Shown one piece after another: positions 19,758 through 28,397 of a DNA stretch of 64,000 nt. Origin of the DNA: an uncultured Lachnospiraceae bacterium (GTDB taxonomy: Bacteria > Bacillota > Clostridia > Lachnospirales > Lachnospiraceae); contig CADADA010000012.1 of NCBI GenBank assembly GCA_902786515.1, positions 1,454 through 65,453 of the forward strand, written 5' to 3'. How positions within the stretch are numbered: the first letter of the stretch is position 1; the number at the start of each line of letters is the position of its first letter. A program made the position numbers and the translations under genes. Below the pieces are notes generated by a model. The model did not search any database. It had not been told where the DNA came from and saw only the letters and a program-made list of their open reading frames with translations.

Positions 19758-20729
19758 ATGAGAAACGGATTTATATCTACTATTGTACAAACGATTATAA
19801 TAATGTTAGGAATTATGACTTCTGTTTACGGAAGTGGTGATAAGAATTTGAAGAGTGATGGTTTAAACCAAAATACAATAAAAGAAGAGAATATTGTTGA
19901 TTCAAAGACAGAGGTGAATGTGACACAAAAATCACAGGAAAGAGAGTCTGTAACTCCTGAGAAACATGATGCAGAAGAATCTACATCAGTTATCTATAAT
20001 GAAGAAGCTGTGAGTGAGACAACTACTGAACAATTTATTGAAAATAAAGACGTGAACATAGAAACAACACAAATGGAAGAGATTCAATATGAACATATTA
20101 ACCTAAGTGATATAGTAAAAGTGGAAATCACTTACAAACACAGAATGACAACAGATAAAAAAGAGGTTAATTCTATTTTGAAAAATATTTCAAAACTAAA
20201 TCTTACATCGATAAGCGAGGACGAGGCAAACTCGGGAGAATTTGTGTATGGCTTTACTGCCTTTGTATTTACAGATACAAAAGGTTGTGAAAGCGAGATG
20301 GTAATTAAAAAAGGAAATATTTTGCGTTTTGAAGATAACTGGTATCGTATAGAAAATGAAAAAAAAGAGATTAATAAATTCATAGAGTTTATGTATGATA
20401 CAATTACTGAAGAAGCACCGATTGAAATAAAACTAAAAGACATACAGGAAATAAAGACAGAAAATGGAAAAATTAGTGAAAGTAAGAATATAAGCAAGAT
20501 TGTATCAGAAGTCAAAAAAATTCGTCTGAGATACATAACAGATAAAGAATTTGATAATATAGAGGAAAGGACAGTCTACACTATAACATTCATTGATTCG
20601 GAAAAACAAAAAACGGAAATAGAGTTTTGTAACGATTGTATAATTGTTGGTGGAGTTTATTATATGTATGATGTTTCTGAGAAAGAGATTAATGAGATAA
20701 TTAAGAATATAGAATCTTATATGAATTAA
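19758..20729 (+). CDS. Membrane-anchored/secreted hypothetical protein with internal domain duplication
   Basis: 323 aa. N-terminal hydrophobic anchor, an acidic linker, then two ~100-aa repeats that each end in ..WY/YY...EKEIN.(F)I. Confidence 0.6.
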   Translation: MRNGFISTIVQTIIIMLGIMTSVYGSGDKNLKSDGLNQNTIKEENIVDSKTEVNVTQKSQERESVTPEKHDAEESTSVIYNEEAVSETTTEQFIENKDVNIETTQMEEIQYEHINLSDIVKVEITYKHRMTTDKKEVNSILKNISKLNLTSISEDEANSGEFVYGFTAFVFTDTKGCESEMVIKKGNILRFEDNWYRIENEKKEINKFIEFMYDTITEEAPIEIKLKDIQEIKTENGKISESKNISKIVSEVKKIRLRYITDKEFDNIEERTVYTITFIDSEKQKTEIEFCNDCIIVGGVYYMYDVSEKEINEIIKNIESYMN

Positions 20730-20730
20730 T

Positions 20731-20785
20731 AAAAAAACCTTGTTTTGTGATAATGGCCTAACAATCACGAAGCAAGGTTTTTTTG
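20731..20785. terminator. Bidirectional intrinsic terminator
   Basis: AAAAAAACCTTG...CAAGGTTTTTTT, with an inner GTGAT/ATCAC stem. Confidence 0.7.
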
Positions 20786-21058
20786 TTGACATTGCTCTGT
20801 ATAAGCTTCTACGAACAACAATCCACATATAACCCTAACCTTCCGATACGGTTTTTAATTTATTCAGGAATGGTATATGCAAAACATATAACAAATAGCG
20901 GTGAAATTCATCTTTTCAGTTCGGGGCGACAAAAAGTACCTGCACCAAAGTGCATATGTTTTTATAATGGTAGGGATAATAAAGAAGATAAGATAATCCT
21001 GAAGCTTACGGATGTATTTGAAAAAAATGCAAGAGAGCTGCTAAAGAAAAACTGCTAG
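20783..21058 (+). pseudogene. Fragment of an Rpn/YhgA-like PD-(D/E)XK putative transposase
   Basis: 91-aa ORF with ..YEQQSTYNPNLPIRFLIY...PAPKCICFYNG. This resembles only the central part of that family. The N-terminal nuclease motifs and the C-terminus are missing. Confidence 0.45.
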
Positions 21059-21153
21059 AAATATGCATGGAATAATGTTATAATACTTTCGTATATGTGA
21101 CAAAAGTGCATGTCACGGTATATACAGGTATATTTGCGGAATGGAGAAAATAA

Positions 21154-21546
21154 ATGAAAAGAGTCATAACATATGGAACATTTGATTTGTTACATTATGG
21201 TCATATAAACTTACTCAGGAGAGCGAAGGCACTTGGAGATTATCTTGTAGTAGTATTGTCTACGGATGAATTTAACTGGAATCAGAAACAGAAAAAATGC
21301 TATTTTTCGTATGAGGAGCGAAAGGTGCTGTTAGAGGCAATCCGTTATGTTGATTTGGTTATACCCGAGGAGAATTGGGAGCAGAAGAGATCCGATATTC
21401 ATGAATATCATATAGATACATTCGTAATGGGGGATGACTGGGTAGGTAAGTTTGATTATCTTGAAGAAGAAGGATGTAACGTTGTATATCTTCCAAGGAC
21501 TCCGGAGATATCGACGACACAGATTAAGAACGATTTGAATCAATAG
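21154..21546 (+). CDS. tagD: Glycerol-3-phosphate cytidylyltransferase
   Basis: 130 aa with MKRVITYGTFDLLHYGHINLLRRAKALGDYLVV (HxGH cytidylyltransferase motif) and ...RTPEISTTQIK. Confidence 0.88.
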   Translation: MKRVITYGTFDLLHYGHINLLRRAKALGDYLVVVLSTDEFNWNQKQKKCYFSYEERKVLLEAIRYVDLVIPEENWEQKRSDIHEYHIDTFVMGDDWVGKFDYLEEEGCNVVYLPRTPEISTTQIKNDLNQ

Positions 21547-21548
21547 CG

Positions 21549-21710
21549 AGTGTGCTGACACGTTCAGATTTGAACTAATTCCGCAGAATATTTTTTCGAT
21601 AGCGCTATTCAAAAATCTTAGGCGTAGCGGGCTACGTCGGCGATTTTTGAATGGTGATATCGGGAAAATAGGCAAGGAGATTAGTTTGAAAATGAACGTG
21701 TCAGTACACT
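21549..21710. repeat. 162-bp element bounded by ~31-bp imperfect inverted repeats (MITE-like or long hairpin)
   Basis: AGTGTGCTGACACGTTCAGATTTGAACTAAT (21549-21579) pairs with the reverse complement of ATTAGTTTGAAAATGAACGTGTCAGTACACT (21680-21710). Nested inner inverted repeat: ATTCAAAAATC...GATTTTTGAAT around CGTAGCGGGCTACG. Confidence 0.75.
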
Positions 21711-21732
21711 AGGATGGAGGAAGACATAAGAT

Positions 21733-22296
21733 ATGTTAAACGGTATGGAAAAGAGCAGGTTAAATAATCTGTTAGAAGAACAGAATCAGGCGATAATGAG
21801 TCAGAGAACAGTTATAGAATCGCAAAATGAAGCGATAGAAATGCAGCAGAAAGCGATTGAGAAACAGAATGAAGCGATATTAAAACAGACAGCAATTCTT
21901 GAAAAGATGCAGAGACAGTTGAAAAAACAGTCAGAGGTAATTTTAAAGCAACAGGAAGTTATAGAGTCTCAGGGGAATATGATAGACGATAATTCAAAAA
22001 TGGATGAGAATGCAAATGCGGCATTTGAAGAAAACATGAAGACAATCGATGTTCAGAGAAGGACAATCGATTCACAGAGAAGAACGATAGAAAAACAGAC
22101 CGAGGTAATAAGACAGCAGGACTTCGATATGCAAAAACTCAACAGAGAAATGAGACAGCATGAGAACGTGGTACATGAATTGAACATTCAGGTGGATGTA
22201 TTAAAATTAAAAGTTCTGGGGTTTGACAATGATAAAATTGCAGGAAAGCTGCTGTTAGATGAGAATAAAGTAAGAGAAATAACAGGTATGAATTAG
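21733..22296 (+). CDS. Gln/Glu-rich coiled-coil protein, unknown function
   Basis: 187 aa with a repetitive Q.E.I..Q heptad-like pattern (IESQNEAIEMQQKAIEKQNEAILKQ...). Confidence 0.55.
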   Translation: MLNGMEKSRLNNLLEEQNQAIMSQRTVIESQNEAIEMQQKAIEKQNEAILKQTAILEKMQRQLKKQSEVILKQQEVIESQGNMIDDNSKMDENANAAFEENMKTIDVQRRTIDSQRRTIEKQTEVIRQQDFDMQKLNREMRQHENVVHELNIQVDVLKLKVLGFDNDKIAGKLLLDENKVREITGMN

Positions 22297-22304
22297 AAAA
22301 ACAG

Positions 22305-22413
22305 CAAAGGATGTGGCGATACTAGTATAGTCCGTTTCAAATAGCTTTACTTTATATTCTAAATATAAAGTGAGGTTATTTGATGCGGACTATACTAGTT
22401 GCATCCTTTTTTT
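22305..22413. terminator. Compound long hairpin with T-run
   Basis: ACTAGTATAGTCCG (22321-22334) pairs with CGGACTATACTAGT (22386-22399). Flanking pair: CAAAGGATG / CATCCTTTTTTT. Inner hairpin: ACTTTATAT..ATATAAAGT. Confidence 0.65.
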
Positions 22414-22451
22414 AGTAAGTCTGTTAAAGACAGAAGAAAGGACGGATAAAG

Positions 22452-23396
22452 ATGAGTGAAAAAACGATGATAAAAGTAGAGGGACTTGTAAAAAGGTACA
22501 AAGAATTACTGGCACTGGACGGATTGAATCTGGAAGTAAAAGAAGGAGAAGTATTTGGACTTTTAGGACCAAATGGCTCGGGAAAGTCAACAACTATCAG
22601 TTGTATACTTGGATTATTGAAATACGATGAGGGAGATATAGAAGTATTTGGAGAAAAGATGACACCGTCGAGTTATCATTTAAAACAAAATATCGGAGTT
22701 GTTCCACAGAATGTTGCCGTTTTTGATGAATTGACAGTATATGAAAATATTGATTATTTCTGCGGTTTATATATAAAAGACAAAGCCAAAAGAAAGCAAT
22801 ACGTAGAAGAAGCAATCGAGTTTGCCGGATTAGAGAATTTTGTGAAATTTGTTCCGGGAAAATTATCAGGAGGGCTTCTAAGAAGACTTAACATTGCCTG
22901 CGGTATTGCACATAAGCCACGCCTCATATTCATGGATGAGCCGACAGTTGCGGTTGACCCGCAAAGCCGAAACAGCATCTTAGAGGGAATACAGCGGTTA
23001 AACAAAGAGGGAGCGACAGTAGTATATACATCCCACTATATGGAAGAGGTAGAACAGATATGTACGCGCATTGCAATCATGGATTCGGGTAAAAACGTTG
23101 CAAGCGGAACAAAAGAAGAATTAAAAAATATGATAAAAACTGGAGAGACAATCACTGTAGAGGTACAGGCTTTGGATGAAAGTGATTTGGAAGCTGCAAG
23201 GAGTTTGAAACACGTTTATGTTGCAAATTATGAGAACGGACATTTAATAGTAAAATACACAAGAGGACAGCGTAATCTTGTAAATCTGCTGGCGTTTTTA
23301 AAAGAAAATAACATCGAATTTGGAAGAGTCTATTCAGAACTTCCGACACTAAATGACGTATTCTTAGAGATTACAGGAAAAGAACTTAGGGATTAG
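22452..23396 (+). CDS. ABC transporter ATP-binding protein
   Basis: Walker A GPNGSGKST, signature LSGGLLRR, Walker B LIFMDEP. Confidence 0.9.
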   Translation: MSEKTMIKVEGLVKRYKELLALDGLNLEVKEGEVFGLLGPNGSGKSTTISCILGLLKYDEGDIEVFGEKMTPSSYHLKQNIGVVPQNVAVFDELTVYENIDYFCGLYIKDKAKRKQYVEEAIEFAGLENFVKFVPGKLSGGLLRRLNIACGIAHKPRLIFMDEPTVAVDPQSRNSILEGIQRLNKEGATVVYTSHYMEEVEQICTRIAIMDSGKNVASGTKEELKNMIKTGETITVEVQALDESDLEAARSLKHVYVANYENGHLIVKYTRGQRNLVNLLAFLKENNIEFGRVYSELPTLNDVFLEITGKELRD

Positions 23397-23409
23397 AATG
23401 GAGGTAAAT

Positions 23410-24549
23410 ATGTGGAACTTATACAGATACAGAGTTAAAAGGCTGTTTTTAGACAAATCATTATTCTTCTGGCAATTGATATTTCCTATTATCCTTGGGA
23501 CCTTTTTCTGGCTTGCATTTTCTAATATTACAGAAAAAACAGAGTCTTTGGATAGAATTAAAATAGGATTAGTTAAAGAGGGAAAATATCAATATGAGGA
23601 AGCTTTTGACCGCTTTATAGATGCATGCTCAAGCGATAGCGGAATATTGGATATAGAAACAAAAGATGAAAAAGAAGCATTGAAAATGCTAAAGGATAAA
23701 AAGATAAAGGGGATTATATATGTTAATGATGAAATAAGCCTGAAGGTGAGCGAAACGGGAATGGATCAGACAGTACTGGAGGCATTTATAAACGAATACC
23801 TAAAATATGAAGATATCATAATAAATGTGGTTCAGGACTCTCCACAAAAAGCTATAAAAATGATTATTGATTTATTAAAAAACCAGAATGGAGGTCTGCT
23901 AAAGGAAAAAAATGCCACTCCGGGAAACATGGATGTCTACATACAGTATTACTTTGCTTTATTTGCAATGGTTAGTATGTTCGGATGCAGCTATGGAATA
24001 CTAAATACAAGGGAAATGGATATAAGAGACGTCTGCGTGGCAATCAGAAGAAACGTTTCGCCTGCAAAGAAAACATCGATAGTTATATCTGATTTTCTTG
24101 CGGCATTAACCATTCAGATGGTAATAAATCTGGTTGTATTTTTATATCTTAACCTTATATTGGGAATTGATTTTGGAGAACACTATGTACTGATTTTACT
24201 TTGTTGTGCTTTGTCAAGTCTTGTGGGCATTTCATATGGTTACATGATAGGATTAATAATCCGTGGAAGCTCATCTTTAAAAGAGAATATCGGTATGGTA
24301 ACATCACTGTCTATGTGTTTCTTCAGCGGTCTGATGTACGGCAATATGAAATTTGTCATAGAAAAAAACATGCCTATATTCAACCGGATTAATCCTGCGG
24401 CAGTCATCTCAGATGGGTTTTATTCACTTTGTGTATTTGATGATATTCATATGTACATAAGAAGTGTCTTGATAATGTTTGCAATGATTATTATATTTAG
24501 TCTGGTTTCGGTATTCTCGTTGAAATCCGGTAGAATGGAGGCGGATTAA
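23410..24549 (+). CDS. ABC-2 type transporter permease
   Basis: Multi-pass membrane protein with a large first extracytoplasmic loop. The ATG at 23410 follows a GGAGG RBS (track start 23398). Confidence 0.75.
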   Translation: MWNLYRYRVKRLFLDKSLFFWQLIFPIILGTFFWLAFSNITEKTESLDRIKIGLVKEGKYQYEEAFDRFIDACSSDSGILDIETKDEKEALKMLKDKKIKGIIYVNDEISLKVSETGMDQTVLEAFINEYLKYEDIIINVVQDSPQKAIKMIIDLLKNQNGGLLKEKNATPGNMDVYIQYYFALFAMVSMFGCSYGILNTREMDIRDVCVAIRRNVSPAKKTSIVISDFLAALTIQMVINLVVFLYLNLILGIDFGEHYVLILLCCALSSLVGISYGYMIGLIIRGSSSLKENIGMVTSLSMCFFSGLMYGNMKFVIEKNMPIFNRINPAAVISDGFYSLCVFDDIHMYIRSVLIMFAMIIIFSLVSVFSLKSGRMEAD

Positions 24550-25703
24550 TGAACACTATTAAACTATTTTGGAAAATTATAAAGAAGAACAGAGCAGGTA
24601 TAATCATTTATTCCGGTATCATGATAGCTATGATGCTTGTGATGACAGGGCAAAATGCTGATGAACAGGAGAAAGAGTATACTAAGGTGAATATTCCTTT
24701 TGCTGTTATTGACCGTGACGACAGCGAATTAAGCGAAGCAATAATTGACTACCTTAAAGTTGATAATAAACTTTGTGAGATTGAGGATGACATTAAAGTT
24801 ATAAGAAATGAGCTTTTCTATCGTAATGTATATTATGTGTTGGTAATACCTCAAAAATACGAAGAAAAAATTTTGGCGGGCAAGGACGTAAAGCTTGAAA
24901 ATTATAAAGTAAAGGATTCGGCATTCGGATATTATATGGATATGACGGTTCAGGATTATATAGGCACATTCGAGATATACAAAAATGCCGGGTATGATAA
25001 GGACGAATGCTTTAAGAAAACATCTGATACACTTGAGAAAAAGGTCGAAGTAAAAATGCTTGGAAAGGAAAAATCAGGAGGTGTTCGTGTAAGTCATATA
25101 TTTTATCATTTAATGGCTTACATTATGGTTGCTCTTGTGATGCAGGCTGTGGGACCGGTTCTTATTGTGGTTAATCAGAAAGAAATAGTTAAAAGAATAA
25201 ACAGTTCTTCAACTAAGTTTATAAAAAGAAATATAGAATACACCTGTGCATCTGTCGGAGTGTGTCTGATTATATGGCTTATTTTAAATGTGACTGCAAA
25301 TGTTATGTTTATGGATGAACTAAACGGAACTGAGCGTGTTTGTTATGGACTTAATTCGTTATGTCTGGCACTTGTTGCATTTTCAATTGCATATTTGTGC
25401 GGGAACATGATTAAGAAGAGTTCTGTGATAGGTGCTGCTACAAATGTTGTTTCGCTTGGAATGTCATTTTTGGGAGGAATATTTGTTCCGCTGAATCTCT
25501 TTGGAAAGGGCATGAGACAGTTTGCAAAGATTTTCCCGGTATATTGGTATACGAAGGCAAATGATATGATTGCAGGGAAAACCGTTATTAGTGGCACAGA
25601 TGTGCTAAACATAGTAAAATATATGGGAGTGGAACTTTTGTATGCTTTTGTATTATTGATAATAACTCTTTTGCTGGTGAAAAATTTAAGAAATGGAGAA
25701 TAA
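24549..25703 (+). CDS. ABC-2 type transporter permease (second subunit)
   Basis: Same topology as the upstream permease. TAATG stop/start overlap with that gene. Confidence 0.75.
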   Translation: MNTIKLFWKIIKKNRAGIIIYSGIMIAMMLVMTGQNADEQEKEYTKVNIPFAVIDRDDSELSEAIIDYLKVDNKLCEIEDDIKVIRNELFYRNVYYVLVIPQKYEEKILAGKDVKLENYKVKDSAFGYYMDMTVQDYIGTFEIYKNAGYDKDECFKKTSDTLEKKVEVKMLGKEKSGGVRVSHIFYHLMAYIMVALVMQAVGPVLIVVNQKEIVKRINSSSTKFIKRNIEYTCASVGVCLIIWLILNVTANVMFMDELNGTERVCYGLNSLCLALVAFSIAYLCGNMIKKSSVIGAATNVVSLGMSFLGGIFVPLNLFGKGMRQFAKIFPVYWYTKANDMIAGKTVISGTDVLNIVKYMGVELLYAFVLLIITLLLVKNLRNGE

Positions 25704-25704
25704 A

Positions 25705-26622
25705 ATGAAAATCTATCTTGCACCATTAGAAAGTGTAACCGGGTATATTTTCAGAAATGCATACCATGATATATTCGGCTGCATTGATAAATATTATGCA
25801 CCATTTGTAACACCGAATCAAAATGCATTCCTGAATCGTAAAGAAAAAAAGGACGTGTTGCCTGAAAATAATATAGACATACCGTTAGTACCACAGATTA
25901 TGACAAATAATTCTTCGTGTTTTGCAGGCTGCCAGAAGGAACTTGTCGATTTGGGATATGATGAAGTGAATCTGAATCTTGGATGTCCGTCGGCTACGGT
26001 TGTTACGAAGAAAAAGGGTGCTGGCTTTTTAGCTTATCCTGAAGAACTGGATCAGTTTTTATATGAAATCTTTGAAAATTCCACTTCAAAGATTTCGGTT
26101 AAGACCAGAATCGGAGTAGAGCATCCGGATGAGTTTTATCAGTTGATGGAAATCTATAATAAATATCCGATATCCGAATTAATTATTCATCCTAGAATAC
26201 GACAGGATTTTTATAATAACAAACCTAATATGAAAGTATTTTCGGAGGCGGTTCTTTCAAGTAAAAATCCTGTTGTATATAATGGTGACGTAAATACTCC
26301 GGAAGATTTTTATCGGATCAGTGAAGAATTTCCTAATATAAATGCTATTATGATTGGAAGAGGCATTCTGAAAAACCCGGGACTTCCGGCTATGATAAAG
26401 CATAATAAGAGTTCCTATAATATAGAAGAAACATATAAGTTTATGGAAAGATTACGGCGTGATTATTATGAACTTATGAAGGATGAAAAGAATGTATTGT
26501 TCAAGTTGAAGGAATTATGGCTTTACAGGTGCATGGTGTTGAAAGATGGGGAACGTCTGTGGAAAAAGATGAAAAAAGTAAAGAATTTTGTGGAATATGA
26601 GAATGTCTTAAATAAATATTAA
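25705..26622 (+). CDS. tRNA-dihydrouridine synthase family (Dus-like) flavoprotein
   Basis: LAPLESVTGYIFRN and NLGCPSATVVTKKKGAGFL (catalytic Cys context), in a TIM-barrel-length protein. The ATG at 25705 follows GGAG. Confidence 0.7.
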   Translation: MKIYLAPLESVTGYIFRNAYHDIFGCIDKYYAPFVTPNQNAFLNRKEKKDVLPENNIDIPLVPQIMTNNSSCFAGCQKELVDLGYDEVNLNLGCPSATVVTKKKGAGFLAYPEELDQFLYEIFENSTSKISVKTRIGVEHPDEFYQLMEIYNKYPISELIIHPRIRQDFYNNKPNMKVFSEAVLSSKNPVVYNGDVNTPEDFYRISEEFPNINAIMIGRGILKNPGLPAMIKHNKSSYNIEETYKFMERLRRDYYELMKDEKNVLFKLKELWLYRCMVLKDGERLWKKMKKVKNFVEYENVLNKY

Positions 26623-26663
26623 AAAAGTTCGTAACCGCCCACTGCAGATACGAACTAAAAAAA
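26623..26663. terminator. Hairpin between convergent genes
   Basis: AGTTCGTA...TACGAACT flanked by A/T runs. The T-run is on the minus strand, after the methyltransferase gene. Confidence 0.55.
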
Positions 26664-26667
26664 TATT

Positions 26668-27531
26668 TTATTTTGCACACCAGCGCCCACTTGCTCCGCA
26701 TGGGAGAACCAGTCCGGTAGATGATACGGGAAGCCCGATTTCATCAGATAATACCATTCCGCTGTGTGCAGAGTTAATCTCGGTCTCCAGCATATAAGTA
26801 AGTACCGCAGGTGCAAGCCCTGTTGTGTATGAGTTAATCAGGAAAAACAATGGTTCATCACTTAGTATTTGAGCACACAGTTTTACGAAATCATGGATAG
26901 AGTCTTCTATCTTCCATATTTCACCTTTTGGACCTCTTCCGTAAGAAGGAGGATCCATGATTATTCCGTCGTAGTGATTCCCTCTTCTTATTTCACGTTC
27001 TACAAACTTAACGCAGTCATCTACAAGCCATCTTACAGGGCGGTCGCTTAAGCCTGAAGAGGCAGCATTTTCTTTCGCCCACTGTACCATGCCTTTCGAG
27101 GCGTCCACATGAGTTACATGAGCACCTGCGGCTGCCGCGGCAAGGGTAGCGCCTCCGGTGTAGGCAAACAGATTTAATACTTTTACCGGCCTGCCGGCGT
27201 TTTGAATCTTTTCCGAGAACCAGTCCCAGTTGACAGCCTGCTCAGGAAATAAACCTGTGTGCTTAAAGTTAAAAGGCTTAAGATTGAATGTCAGCTTCTT
27301 ATAACGAATCTGCCATTGCTCAGGTAAATCGAAAAATTCCCATTCACCGCCACCTTTTTTACTTCTATGATAATGGGCATTCATCCTTTTCCAGCCGGGT
27401 TGCTTTTTGGGGGTGTTCCATATAACCTGAGGGTCAGGCCTTACTAATATGTAGTTACCCCAGCGTTCAAGTTTTTCGCCGCCGGAGCAGTCAATTACTT
27501 CATAATCTTTCCAATTCTCTGCAATCCACAT
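26668..27531 (-). CDS. Class I SAM-dependent (RlmI/K-like) methyltransferase
   Basis: 287 aa with VLNLFAYTGGATLAAAAAGA.VTHVDAS (SAM motif I) and YDGIIMDPPSYGRG (motif IV). Confidence 0.8.
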   Translation of the reverse strand: MWIAENWKDYEVIDCSGGEKLERWGNYILVRPDPQVIWNTPKKQPGWKRMNAHYHRSKKGGGEWEFFDLPEQWQIRYKKLTFNLKPFNFKHTGLFPEQAVNWDWFSEKIQNAGRPVKVLNLFAYTGGATLAAAAAGAHVTHVDASKGMVQWAKENAASSGLSDRPVRWLVDDCVKFVEREIRRGNHYDGIIMDPPSYGRGPKGEIWKIEDSIHDFVKLCAQILSDEPLFFLINSYTTGLAPAVLTYMLETEINSAHSGMVLSDEIGLPVSSTGLVLPCGASGRWCAK

Positions 27532-27618
27532 AATTTAAAATTCCTTTACTATATTAATGGCTAAAGTATACTACAATAAGAAATAAAAATCAAATTTAAT
27601 AAATTTTAAAAAAAACAC

Positions 27619-27647
27619 TTGCAATATATGGTTTTATAGGTTATACT
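27619..27647 (+). promoter_or_regulatory. Promoter of the S10 operon
   Basis: TTGCAA (27619-24), 17-nt spacer, TATACT (27642-47). About 245 nt upstream of rpsJ. Confidence 0.55.
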
Positions 27648-27893
27648 AATCAATGCTGTGACATTGATAGCGTAGAAGCGTGAGGTTGCTGCATATGATT
27701 GCAGGTTTTCCGTGGAGCGAATGTCAAGTTATGAAACTGGCGACAAGTCACTGTACCAATCAGAATTGTCCATTAGTTAATGGAAACAACGTGCTACATA
27801 ATGTGATGAAGAATCACGACACGCACGGAAGAGTGTACAGTCACCGCTTGTCGTACTGAATTTCAAAAGTACGAAAAGGAGGCGACTTTTTTT

Positions 27894-28214
27894 ATGGCAA
27901 GTCAAGTAATGAGAATCACATTGAAGGCATATGATCACAAGCTTATTGATCAGTCAGCCGGAAAAATCATCGAAACTGTAAAGAAGACAGGAGCAAAGGT
28001 TAGCGGCCCTGTACCACTTCCAACAAAGAAGGAAGTTGTGACAATTCTTAGAGCTGTACACAAGTACAAAGACTCAAGAGAGCAGTTCGAGCAGAGAACT
28101 CATAAGAGACTTATTGATATCATCACACCATCACAGAAGACGGTTGATGCTCTGACAAGATTAGAGATGCCGGCAGGTGTGTATATCGACGTGAAGATGA
28201 AAAATAACAAATAA
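27894..28214 (+). CDS. rpsJ: 30S ribosomal protein S10
   Basis: [15 protein letters not shown]...SGPVPLPT... signature, at the head of the cluster. Confidence 0.96.
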   Translation: MASQVMRITLKAYDHKLIDQSAGKIIETVKKTGAKVSGPVPLPTKKEVVTILRAVHKYKDSREQFEQRTHKRLIDIITPSQKTVDALTRLEMPAGVYIDVKMKNNK

Positions 28215-28397
28215 TTCGTCTTCAAAATTAATCAGATAATCCAGAAGGTTAAGATATAGAAGCAACACTTTTGATGGAATCACATTCCGGGAATCAACAT
28301 TTATGAAAATATTTAGTGTTCCACGTATATTTGACTGTTCTAGGATGTTCAGGGTGAAAACCTTGAACCGCTGTAGATTTAACAGGAGGTAATAGGA

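Noticed and set aside
21331-21675. 114-aa minus-strand ORF
   Set aside because: It overlaps tagD in antisense and runs through the inverted-repeat-bounded element. There is no independent support for it.
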